Shown piece after piece: positions 38,594 through 47,936 of a stretch of 64,000 nt of DNA. Position numbers and translations under genes: made by a program. Source of the stretch: Candidatus Eiseniibacteriota bacterium. GTDB taxonomy: Bacteria; Eisenbacteria; RBG-16-71-46; CAVPCR01. Within the stretch, counting starts at the first letter, position 1. Every line of letters begins with the position of its first letter. The notes under the pieces are model-generated. The model searched no databases, was not told the DNA's origin, and saw only the letters and a program-made list of their open reading frames with translations. The stretch spans positions 736,001-800,000 of the forward strand of contig CAWGMA010000001.1 of NCBI GenBank assembly GCA_963823555.1, read 5' to 3'.

Positions 38594-39139
38594 GTGTACC
38601 GCTGGTCCCGCCTTGCCCTGACCGCCCTGTTCATCGCTCTTGCCGTCGCCGTGGGGTACGGGGGTTCCGTCCTGCCCAATGTCGAGCTCGTGAGCCTCAC
38701 CGTCTTTCTCGGTGGAGTGGCGACGGGGGCCGTGTCCGGGATCCTGATCGGGGTCGCGGCCGAGCTCATCTTCTCCGGGATCAACCCGCTCGGGCCCACC
38801 TTTCCCCTCGTGCTCGCCGCCCAGCTCGCCGGCATGGGGCTGTTTGGCCTGGCCGGCGGAACGCTCGGGCGCCATATGCTGCGCCTTGGCGCCATTGCCC
38901 GCGTCACGGTCCTGGCCGTCACCGGCCTTGCCTTGACCCTGTTCTTCGATGTCATCACCAATCTCGGACTCGGAGTTCATCTCGGACCGGTGTGGGCCAC
39001 GCTGGCGGGTGGTCTCGCCTTCGCTGTCGTGCACATCATCTCCAACATGCTCGTGTTCGCAGTGCTCGGGGGGGGAGGGCTGCGCGTGCTCCGCGATCTC
39101 GGTCTCGGGGGAGGGCGCACGGAGGATGGGAACCGATGA
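38594..39139 (+). CDS. ECF transporter S component (CbrT-like)
   Basis: About 6 TM helices, LPNVE motif, FDVITN and HIISN; GTG start. Confidence 0.75.
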   Translation: MYRWSRLALTALFIALAVAVGYGGSVLPNVELVSLTVFLGGVATGAVSGILIGVAAELIFSGINPLGPTFPLVLAAQLAGMGLFGLAGGTLGRHMLRLGAIARVTVLAVTGLALTLFFDVITNLGLGVHLGPVWATLAGGLAFAVVHIISNMLVFAVLGGGGLRVLRDLGLGGGRTEDGNR

Positions 39140-41079
39140 GAGCGGTGAGCGTGTTGTGGCTGGGTCTTGCGCTCATCACTCTAGCGCGTGGCGCCGGTGC
39201 AGCGGAGGCGCCGGGCGACAGCGCGCAGGGTCAGGACCTGCCGCCGCCCCGCCCACCGGCCGGGGTGCTGGGACGCCCGGATTCGGTGGTCTTGACACCC
39301 TATCGGCCCGGTGCCCTCGAGGGCGAAGAGAAGGCGCTGATCCCTGCCGACCGACCTCCGTGGGAACGCTTCGCCGCGCCCGGCGACACCCTGGTCCTCG
39401 GCCGTTACGAGGTCGATCGCGTCGGTGCCCATCAACTCCCCGAGCTACTGTCTCGTATTCCCGGGATCCACGCTCTCGAGGTGTCGGCCACCGCACCTCT
39501 CGGCGCCGTCACGCAGGCCGGATCCTTCGCGCTTCCCCCCCGCTCGTCGGATGCCTGGACCATCCGTCAGCCGCGGATGGAGGGCATGGATCTCTCACGC
39601 CTTCTGCTCGACCGGCTCGGACCCGGCGCGACGTGGGTTCCCGTGCTGGCCGCTGGCGAGTTTCGCGTCATCGATACTCCGCTCTTCGGTCCCGAGACCC
39701 CGGAAGTTCGCCTCGCCCCGGCCGAGCCGGTCGGCGACAGCGCATCGAGTCGCATGGCGATCGAGACCGGGAGCTTCGGCCTGGCAGGGGGTGGGATCCT
39801 GTTCTCGGATCATCGCGGCCGCCTGAGCTATGGCTTCGGCGCCGACAACACGCGGGCCAAGCGTTCGGGAAGCATCCAGGACGCGTCACCGCGGGTGTCG
39901 ATCGTGGAAATGGGGTGGGCAGCCGACCGCGGCCGGCTGGGTATCCATCTGCGCAATTCGGAGATACCCATCGGCTTCAAGGATGGCCGCCGCATCAACA
40001 ACTTCGATCAGGGCATGGCGGCCGACTTCGTGGCCGGAGATACCCTGGGCCCGGCATGGGCCTTGCGTGTGGTGGGTCGCGACGACCGGCTCTCCGGGAG
40101 CGAACTCCCGGGCGTCGAGTTCAAGCGCAAGGGTCTCGTCATCGAAGTGCAGAGCTACGAGCGACCGGGCCGGCCGGTATACGCGCGGATCGTCGGCGAG
40201 CGCGACTGGTTCGCCGTGCGCCACGCGGAGGGGGCCTACGCGCCGCGGGTCACACGGATCCAGGGAGAGGCGGGAGGGCATCTCGCCGTGGGCGCCGGCC
40301 GCATCGATCTGGCGGGCGGGCTCCGCGTGAGCGACCGGCATGCGCTCAAGGGCAGCGGGCGCGCCGAGCTGAGCCTCGCGCTTCCGGCCGCCTTGGTGGT
40401 GGGTATGAGTGGGGGCCGGGTGCAGCATGCGCCCACGTACGATCAGGAAGTGCTCGTTCCCGAGAATCCAGTGGCCGACCCGGAGCGGCACGATTCGATC
40501 GCGCTCCGCGTCGTCCGCGAGGGCCTGATCAGCTTCGGCGTTGTGACCGCATGGCGGGAGATCACGCATCAACCGTTCGTGACCGAGGAGATCCACGATC
40601 GTCCCTGGCCGCAGTTCGCCGTCACGACGAGCGATTCGCGGCACTGGGAAGTGCGGGGTTCCCTTTCCTTCACCGGTGGTCCGCTCGGGATGGCCGCCGG
40701 GGCGTGGGGGAGCCGGTTCTTCAACGATGAGAGTTTCGGCCGCGGCGACCTGGCCCCCTTCGTTCCCGAGGAGGTCGGTCGGGCGTTCGCCAGTCTCCGC
40801 ATCTCGCTTCTGGGCGGCGATCTCGTCGTGATGCCGCGTGCCGAGTTTCTTGCCGTCGGTGATCGCACCGGCCTCGCCGGCGAGCGCCTGCCCGGATACG
40901 GGCGACTCGACGCCGCGGTCATCAGCGTCGTTGGCGGGGATGTCGACCTCGAGGTGTGGGCGCGAAACCTGCTCGACCGCCGCTATCCGCTCGCCGTATA
41001 CGATCCCTCGTCCGGCGATCTCTACGCCGACTCGGGACGGATGGCGGCGTTCGCTCTGCGCTGGCGCTTCCTGAACTAG
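39136..41079 (+). CDS. Outer-membrane beta-barrel (TonB-dependent receptor-like / putative porin)
   Basis: Signal peptide, plug-like ELLSRIPGI, C-terminal RNLLDRRY...FALRWRF. Confidence 0.7.
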   Translation: MRAVSVLWLGLALITLARGAGAAEAPGDSAQGQDLPPPRPPAGVLGRPDSVVLTPYRPGALEGEEKALIPADRPPWERFAAPGDTLVLGRYEVDRVGAHQLPELLSRIPGIHALEVSATAPLGAVTQAGSFALPPRSSDAWTIRQPRMEGMDLSRLLLDRLGPGATWVPVLAAGEFRVIDTPLFGPETPEVRLAPAEPVGDSASSRMAIETGSFGLAGGGILFSDHRGRLSYGFGADNTRAKRSGSIQDASPRVSIVEMGWAADRGRLGIHLRNSEIPIGFKDGRRINNFDQGMAADFVAGDTLGPAWALRVVGRDDRLSGSELPGVEFKRKGLVIEVQSYERPGRPVYARIVGERDWFAVRHAEGAYAPRVTRIQGEAGGHLAVGAGRIDLAGGLRVSDRHALKGSGRAELSLALPAALVVGMSGGRVQHAPTYDQEVLVPENPVADPERHDSIALRVVREGLISFGVVTAWREITHQPFVTEEIHDRPWPQFAVTTSDSRHWEVRGSLSFTGGPLGMAAGAWGSRFFNDESFGRGDLAPFVPEEVGRAFASLRISLLGGDLVVMPRAEFLAVGDRTGLAGERLPGYGRLDAAVISVVGGDVDLEVWARNLLDRRYPLAVYDPSSGDLYADSGRMAAFALRWRFLN

Positions 41080-41141
41080 GCGCTCGCGTCGCCAGGAGCG
41101 GAGTCTCCTCGCGCCTGCCGTCGACCCCAGGAGATGCGTCC

Positions 41142-41609
41142 ATGCGCCGCCTCACGCGCACGCTATCGGCGATCCATGACCGTGCATTCGCAATCCTCGT
41201 TCCCGCCGAGGGCGAGGAGTGGCTTGTCCTCCTGGCCGCGGGTCTGCTGCTTCTCGGTGCCGCGCGCCACCGCGTGGAGCCCTGGCTGCAAGGGCTGGCC
41301 ACCGGTCCTCCGCCCGAGGTCGCCAGCGCACTGGCGGAGATCGACACGGCGAGCTTCGGGCGCGTCGATCTCAATCGCGCCGGGGCCGCCGAGCTCGAGA
41401 CCCTGCCCCGCATCGGCCCGGCGCTCGCGGCGCGCATCCTCGCCGACCGTTCCGAACGGGGTCCTTTCCGCTCGGTGGACGACCTCGATCGCGTGCAGGG
41501 CATTGGACCGGCCACCATCGCCGCGCTCAGGCACGAGGCCTTTGTCGATCTCGAGGTCGCGTCCCCCGCAATCGAAGGGGAGCCCGGAGCCGCAGGCCGC
41601 CTCGAGTAG
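41142..41609 (+). CDS. comEA: ComEA family helix-hairpin-helix DNA-binding protein
   Basis: VDLNRAGAAELETLPRIGPALAARI...GPFRSVDDLDRVQGIG; N-terminal TM. Confidence 0.9.
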   Translation: MRRLTRTLSAIHDRAFAILVPAEGEEWLVLLAAGLLLLGAARHRVEPWLQGLATGPPPEVASALAEIDTASFGRVDLNRAGAAELETLPRIGPALAARILADRSERGPFRSVDDLDRVQGIGPATIAALRHEAFVDLEVASPAIEGEPGAAGRLE

Positions 41610-41788
41610 GGATGACGGCGCTGGGCCATCGCGCCCTTCGGCCGGCGACGCGACGACCCGGCGCGGGGGAGTGCAAGTCCCAAGGGTCGAGCGGAATGGA
41701 AGGCCCGGCGTGCAGGGCGCAAGTCGCCGCATGAGCGACCGCACCCGGGGACGGGGTGGAACGCCTTGAGACTCCTCAACTCCCTGCC

Positions 41789-41801
41789 GATCAACAGCTT
41801 G
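41789..41801 (+). promoter_or_regulatory. Candidate IHF site upstream of the pilB promoter
   Basis: GATCAACAGCTTG versus consensus WATCAANNNNTTR. Confidence 0.5.
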
Positions 41802-41835
41802 GTTCCGAGGCATGGCCGCCGCCAAGATGGCGGCA

Positions 41836-41851
41836 AGGCACGGATTTTGCC
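41836..41851 (+). promoter_or_regulatory. Sigma-54 (-24/-12) promoter for pilB
   Basis: AGGCACGGATTTTGCC, exact GG-N10-GC spacing, about 150 bp upstream of pilB. Confidence 0.7.
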
Positions 41852-41998
41852 CCCGCTCAATCGGACTCTCTCGTGCTGCCTCGTGGCTGGACCTGCGTGC
41901 GGTTGCCTTCCTGGCTCGCAGTGGAGCACGCCTGACCGCAATCCGTAGCTGAGCGCCAGCAGCCTCTCAGCGTTCACGCGCCCGAGCTGGAGAACAAT

Positions 41999-43689
41999 GT
42001 GAAAGACATCGGCCAGAAGCTCGTCGAGGTCGGAGCGATCGACGAAGCCACCCTCGAGCGTGTTTCCCGCCAGCAAAAGGTTCACGGCGGGAGCCTCACC
42101 CTGAATCTGGTCAAGCTCGGGATTCTCTCCGAGGACACGCTGACCCAGGCGCTCTCGACCATCTACCGCGTGCCTGGCGTCAACCTGGCCGATTCCGCGA
42201 TCGATCCCGACGCCATCAAGTTGATCCCACAGGACATCGCCACCAAGTTCCAGGTGCTGCCGGTCAGGCGTGACGGCCGCCGCTTGCAGGTGGCCATGGC
42301 CGACCCGGGCAACATCTTCGCCCTCGATGACATCAAGTTCATCACCGGCTGCGAGGTGGAGCCGGTGGTGGCGGCCGAGAGCGCGATCAAGCGGCTGATC
42401 GACCGCCACTACGATCAGGCGGACTCGATGGCGCGCGTCATGCAGGACATGCAGGGTCTCGACGAGCTCGAGGTCGTCGAGCAGCAGGATGACGAAGCCG
42501 ACCTCAGCGAGGTCGGCGACGAGTCGGCGCCGGTGGTCAAGCTCGTCAACTCGCTCCTGGCTGACGCCGTGCGCAAGGGCGCCTCCGACATCCACATCGA
42601 GCCCTACGAGAAGTACATGCGCGTGCGCTATCGCATCGACGGCACGCTCTACGAGGTGATGTCGCCGCCCTTCCGCATGAAGGCCGCCATCATCTCCCGC
42701 CTCAAGATCATGTCCGAGCTGAACATCGCCGAGCGGCGCATCCCGCAGGACGGCCGCATCAAGATCAAGATCGTCGACCGCACCATCGACCTGCGCGTCT
42801 CGACCCTGCCGACGATCTTCGGCGAGAAGGTGGTGATGCGCATCCTCGACAAGGGCAACCTGCGCATCGATCTGACCCAGTTCGGGATGACCGAGAAGGC
42901 CTTCAAGGACCTGCTGCGCGCCATCGAGAGCCCCTACGGCATGGTGCTGGTGACCGGACCGACCGGCAGCGGCAAGACGACCACGCTCTACTCCGCCCTA
43001 TCGCGGATCAATATCGTCGGGTACCAACATCATGACCGCGGAGGATCCGGTCGAGTACAACATCGAGGGCATCAACCAGGTTCAGATCTTCGACGAGATC
43101 GGACTCACCTTCGCCAGCTGCGCTTCGCGCCTTCCTGCGCCAGGATCCGAACATCGTCATGGTCGGCGAGATCCGCGATCTGGAGACCGCCTCGATCGCC
43201 ATCAAGGCGGCGCTCACCGGCCACCTCGTGCTCTCGACCCTGCATACCAATGACGCTCCTGCGACCGTCAGCCGCTTGATCGACATGGGGGTCGAGCCGT
43301 TCCTCGTCGCGTCCTCGACCAACGTGGTCGTCGCGCAGCGCCTCGTTCGGAAGCTGTGTACGGCGTGCAAGGCCGAGATCGAGCTCCACGAGGAGGCGAG
43401 GCGCGAGCTGGGTATCGAGCAGTCCGACCCCCTCAAGGCCTACGAGCCCCGTGGTTGCGCCGACTGCTCGAACACCGGATACCGTGGGCGACAGGGTCTC
43501 TATGAGGTCATGCCGATCTCGCCCACGGTGCGCGATATGATCCTCGACCGGGCGCCGGCCTCGCTGATCAAGAAGAGGGCGCTGGAGGAAGGCATGCTCA
43601 CCCTGCGTATGGATGGAGTGCTCAAGGTGCGCGAAGGGATCACGAGTGCCGAGGAGGTGCTCAAGGAGACGGCAGCCGACCGCGGTTGA
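41999..43689 (+). CDS. pilB: Type IV pilus assembly ATPase PilB (two +1 frameshifts in this sequence)
   Basis: [47 protein letters not shown] and two CxxC motifs; frame changes at about 43020 and 43115. Confidence 0.95.
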
Positions 43690-43775
43690 TCCTCCGAAGG
43701 CGGATGAAAAGCAGAGGCTCCGGACGGCTTCGACCGCCCGGAGCCTTCATTCGTCAGCGCAAGGCGCTGGCGGTG

Positions 43776-44051
43776 CTACGAGGACATCCGATCACCGCCC
43801 TCTTCGGCGCCCGCGTCGACCGCCGCCTGGCGGCCGGCGTTCACTGCCGAGCGGACGCGCGTTGCCACCTCGTCGGTGAGATCAGTCAGGCGCGTACCGA
43901 AACCCTGGAGCTGGCCCCCGATCTTCCCCCGCGTATCCGTGCCGGCCTGCGGGGCAAAGAGGAGGCCGGCGACGGCACCCACGATGGCGCCGATGCCGAT
44001 TCCCGCGAGCACACCCAGAATCAGATTTTTCTCCCGATCATCGTCCTGCAT
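43776..44051 (-). CDS. YtxH domain protein
   Basis: GAIVGAVAGLLFAPQAGTDTR motif; GGAGG RBS. Confidence 0.85.
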   Translation of the reverse strand: MQDDDREKNLILGVLAGIGIGAIVGAVAGLLFAPQAGTDTRGKIGGQLQGFGTRLTDLTDEVATRVRSAVNAGRQAAVDAGAEEGGDRMSS

Positions 44052-44550
44052 CGATATTCCTCCGCGTTGTGGGGCGGGCCTTCTGGCGCGGAGCGGTGAG
44101 AGCGCGCAGCGCGGCACTGAGGCCCAGAACCACCAGTCCTAGTTTACCGCTTCTCTTATAGACCGTTCTTCCGAGTAGCGCAAGTACGCCCGAGCCGGAG
44201 GCCGATGCCACGTTGTGCACGGCCCCCTGGAGCCCATCGACCCCGCTGCGGACGGAACGGGCCGTTTGCTCTACCTCCCCGAGCAGCGAGCGGGTGGCTT
44301 CGAGCGTTGGGGCCACGTGTTCTTCAGCGAGACCATCGTACGCTCGCGCGAGCCTCTCCACGCGCTCGAGCGTGACGCGCGACTGGTGAAGCGCCGCCGC
44401 AACGTCCTGTTGGGTCTTCTCCAGGGTGCTCTCGACCTGCCCTGCCAGCCGGGACAGGATGCGAACGGCGACCACCAGAACAAGACCCTGCACGAAGAGC
44501 AGGACCACCATCGCTGCGGCTAGAAGCTGGATGGTTGGCAGCGGATCCAC
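44038..44550 (-). CDS. DUF948/YtxG-like membrane coiled-coil protein
   Basis: AAGGAG RBS before GTG; N-terminal TM then coiled coil; upstream of ytxH-like gene. Confidence 0.6.
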   Translation of the reverse strand: MDPLPTIQLLAAAMVVLLFVQGLVLVVAVRILSRLAGQVESTLEKTQQDVAAALHQSRVTLERVERLARAYDGLAEEHVAPTLEATRSLLGEVEQTARSVRSGVDGLQGAVHNVASASGSGVLALLGRTVYKRSGKLGLVVLGLSAALRALTAPRQKARPTTRRNIDAGR

Positions 44551-44721
44551 GACACTCCTTTCTCTTCAGGCGACCGTGCCGGCGATGAGAGCGTCTCCAC
44601 GAAGTCTCATCGCTGCTCGGCCAGCGTCTTCTATCCCTCGATTTGCAGTCTACCACAGACCGGCTCGCGCAACACCCGGGCAGGTCGACGGCAGGGCCGG
44701 CAGCCGATCGGACCTGGCCGA

Positions 44722-45468
44722 TCAGGATCTCGCTTTCGTGACACCGGTCGTGTCACTCTCCTTACGGTACGTGATGAAGATGAACTCGCGCAGTCGGTCG
44801 AGGGGGCCGAGTGCGGTCACGCGGTCGGAGAGGCGGTGCCAGGTGTAGAAGCCGGGGAAGCGGAACAGGTAGCCGATGCTCGAACGCATCTCGACCCGAT
44901 CTCGAGCGAAGCCATGGCGAGCCGCTGTCCGGTCCATACTGCCGACCGTGTTGCAGCGGTAGTAGATGGGGTAGTCGGGCGGTTCATCCTTTCCGGTCAG
45001 CACGCGTTTCACAGCCATGCGCACGCCGGTGGGCAGAATGCGAATGACGAGGGAGCTCACGTTGAGGAGATTGGGCGCGACGAAGAGAACGCCGCCGCCG
45101 GGCTTGAGGGTTCGCTGGAGCTCGGCGAACAGACGATCCGGGTCGGCGATGTGTTCGAGGACGAAGATCAGGAGCGCGGCGTCGACGCTCGCCTCGGGGA
45201 TCGCCGTCATGTCCATGGCGTTCCCGCGCACGAAGTCGAAGCGCGGCCCCGGATTCTTCTCGCGCGCGATCTCGAGCTCTTCGGCGTCGAGGTTCAGCCC
45301 GACGTAGCGGCCGAACCCATCCGCGAACCGGTGGGCGTTGCGTCCGATGCCGCAGCCGATGTCGAGGAGGACGCCATCGGCACGCTGGTAGGGTGTCAGC
45401 ATCTCCCCGATCAGGCGCAGCTGATCTTCCCAGTATGTCTTGCGGTAGCGTTCTCTCGTCGCGTCCAT
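44722..45468 (-). CDS. Class I SAM-dependent methyltransferase
   Basis: LLDIGCGIG, VLEHI and RTLKPGG motifs. Confidence 0.9.
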   Translation of the reverse strand: MDATRERYRKTYWEDQLRLIGEMLTPYQRADGVLLDIGCGIGRNAHRFADGFGRYVGLNLDAEELEIAREKNPGPRFDFVRGNAMDMTAIPEASVDAALLIFVLEHIADPDRLFAELQRTLKPGGGVLFVAPNLLNVSSLVIRILPTGVRMAVKRVLTGKDEPPDYPIYYRCNTVGSMDRTAARHGFARDRVEMRSSIGYLFRFPGFYTWHRLSDRVTALGPLDRLREFIFITYRKESDTTGVTKARS

Positions 45469-45605
45469 GGTTCCTGGATCGGCCTCCGGTCTTGGTCCTC
45501 GCCGCCGCCCGTCTCGCGGGGCCTTTCCGGGATGCTATCATGGCGCGGTTTTTCCGGCCGGGCGGAGCGATCCGGCAGGGCCGGGAGGCGGGGTGATGCC
45601 AGGAG

Positions 45606-47936
45606 ATGTTCATGGCTGAGAGCGAGCACGCGAGCGAGAGCGGAGAACCGGGGCGGACGCCCGTGCGATCAGGGCGCGCCCCGGCGCCGCGCTGGGCCGT
45701 CGGCGCCCTCGCGCTTACGCTCGCCCTGGTCGCCGTGACCTGGCCGCTCCTCGATCCCGGAAGCGTCCTCATCACCGATGACGGGTTCGTGAGCGACATC
45801 ACCATGGCCGGGATGCCGTTCCGCGCTTTCCTCCAGCGCGCGCTCGCGGGCTCGACGAGCCTCTTCTGGTGCCCGGGCATCTACTGCGGGTTTCCCCTTC
45901 ACGCCGCTCCCGAAGCCGGGTTCTTCTATCCGCCCAACTGGGTGCTCACCTTCGTCGGGGATGCCACGGCCGCCGTCGACCTCGGTCTCTTCCTGCACCT
46001 GTTGCTCGCTGGCGCCGGGGTCCTGTTCCTGCTCCGGGAGGAACGCCTCTCCGCCGCCCCCGCTGTCTTTGGCGCCCTGAGCTTCGCCGCCGGCGGGTTC
46101 CTGCTCGCTCATCTCAAGCACGTGGCCATGGTCGCGACCGCGGCCTGGATGCCCTGGATGTTCGCCGGTTTGCTGCGCATCGCGCGCGGCGGCGGTCGGG
46201 AAGGGAGCGGTTTCCTGCTGGCCGGGCTGGCGGTGGCGGCCATGGGGCTCGCCGGCCATCCGCAGGTCGCCTACATCGGCATGGTCGCCGGCACCGTGTT
46301 CTACCTGTCGTTCGTCATGATTCCGGGCGCCGACCAGGAGGTGAGAGCCAGGTCCAGGGCCCATGCCTCGCCCGGCGTGCCGTTCATGTCGCGCCGGGCG
46401 CTGCGCGGGGTCCTTCTCCTCGTGCTCGCCTTCGTCCTCGGGACCGCGGTCGCCGCCGTCCAGCACGTGCCGGCCTCCCTCCTCGCCCGGAGCTCGGTGC
46501 GCGCGGAACTCCGGGGCACGGACTTCGCGGAGCAGATCCCGCTCGAGCCCAGGAATCTCACGACGTGGTTTCACGCGCGCGCCGTGGGCATGGCCGGCGA
46601 TGGCAGCTACCGGGGACGCGGGCTGCATTGGGAGGATTACTCGTATCAGGGCTTCGCCGCCGTTCCGCTCGCCCTGATCGGGCTGGTGGCCCACCGCCGC
46701 CGGCGCATCGCGCGAGCGTGGGCCGTGGTGTTCGGCGTCACGTTCCTCCTGGCCCTCGGGCGGCGGGCCGGCCTCTACTCGCTTGCGGTCGCCTTTCTGC
46801 CCGGGCTCGCCTGGTTCCGCTTTCCGGCGCGTTTCCTGGTGGTGAGCGAGCTCGCGGTGTCGGTGCTCGCTGCTCACGGTCTGGCCTGGCTCCTGCCGAA
46901 ACTCGTTCACGGGCGGACTGGCCGCGTGGTCACCGCGGTGCCGGTGGCGATCATCCTGCTCCTGGTTCTCGATCTGGCCTGGGCGCAGCGCCCCCTCAAC
47001 GGCTGGGCGCCGCGCGCCGAGTGGCTCGATCCGCCGGCCACGGTGGGCGACGTTCCCGCTGGGAGCCGCTACGTGAGCCTCGGATCGCGCGAGGCCCACG
47101 TATTCGCCTACGAGAAGGCGCGCGGCTGGGCCGATGTGACGCCGCTCGTCGTGCAACGTCGTTTCCTCCAGCCCAGCTTGAATCTCATGTTCGGTGTGCG
47201 TGCCGCGGACGGCTACGCCAATCCGGTGCCGGGTCCCACCGCGCTCGTCTGGGGCGATCACTACGTGCCGGGGCTCTTGCAGCGGAGCGTGCGTGTCGAG
47301 AACGGCCAGGCGGTTCTGGCGCCGAGCTTCTTCACCCTCGCCCGCCTGGCCGAGGTGCGTACGCTGTTCTCGTTGTGGCCGATCTCCGATCCCCGGCTCG
47401 AGGAAGTGGCGGTGCGGCCGCCGGTGTTCACCTACTCGCTCCCGGAGCCGATGCCGCACGCGTGGTTCGTTCCGCACGCCAGGTTTGCCGGCTCGGCCGG
47501 CGAGGCGCTGGCCCACCTCGAGGCCGAGGATATCGACCCAACCCGGGAAACCGTGCTGTTGGGGGTGCCTGCCGTAGAAAACAACGCTAAGGAGCCGAAT
47601 ACTGCGTGGGTGCTGAGCCGGGTCGGACTCATCCGCCGCTCCGCCGCCGAGCTCGTGGTGGCCGTCGATACGCCCGTGAGCGGGTATATCCGTGTCGCCG
47701 AGTCGTTCGATCCGGGCTGGCAGGCCCGTGTCGACGGCGAGCCGGCGCCCGTCTACCAGGCCGATCTCGGATTCCAGGCGGTCCCGGTGCCGGCCGGACG
47801 TCACGATGTGCGCCTGCGGTACCGGCCTCGCGGCTTCGTTCCGGGGCTCGTGGCGAGCGCGGTGGGCGTGCTCGGATTCGTGATCGTCGGTCTCTTCCTG
47901 CGTCGGAAGGTCGCTCCGGCGGGAGCCGGTGCATGA
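45606..47936 (+). CDS. YfhO-family GT-C membrane glycosyltransferase
   Basis: FWCPGIYCGFP...FFYPP, LAGHPQ, FRFPARF and C-terminal ESFDPGWQARVDG...VPAGRHDVRLRYRP. Confidence 0.85.
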   Translation: MFMAESEHASESGEPGRTPVRSGRAPAPRWAVGALALTLALVAVTWPLLDPGSVLITDDGFVSDITMAGMPFRAFLQRALAGSTSLFWCPGIYCGFPLHAAPEAGFFYPPNWVLTFVGDATAAVDLGLFLHLLLAGAGVLFLLREERLSAAPAVFGALSFAAGGFLLAHLKHVAMVATAAWMPWMFAGLLRIARGGGREGSGFLLAGLAVAAMGLAGHPQVAYIGMVAGTVFYLSFVMIPGADQEVRARSRAHASPGVPFMSRRALRGVLLLVLAFVLGTAVAAVQHVPASLLARSSVRAELRGTDFAEQIPLEPRNLTTWFHARAVGMAGDGSYRGRGLHWEDYSYQGFAAVPLALIGLVAHRRRRIARAWAVVFGVTFLLALGRRAGLYSLAVAFLPGLAWFRFPARFLVVSELAVSVLAAHGLAWLLPKLVHGRTGRVVTAVPVAIILLLVLDLAWAQRPLNGWAPRAEWLDPPATVGDVPAGSRYVSLGSREAHVFAYEKARGWADVTPLVVQRRFLQPSLNLMFGVRAADGYANPVPGPTALVWGDHYVPGLLQRSVRVENGQAVLAPSFFTLARLAEVRTLFSLWPISDPRLEEVAVRPPVFTYSLPEPMPHAWFVPHARFAGSAGEALAHLEAEDIDPTRETVLLGVPAVENNAKEPNTAWVLSRVGLIRRSAAELVVAVDTPVSGYIRVAESFDPGWQARVDGEPAPVYQADLGFQAVPVPAGRHDVRLRYRPRGFVPGLVASAVGVLGFVIVGLFLRRKVAPAGAGA

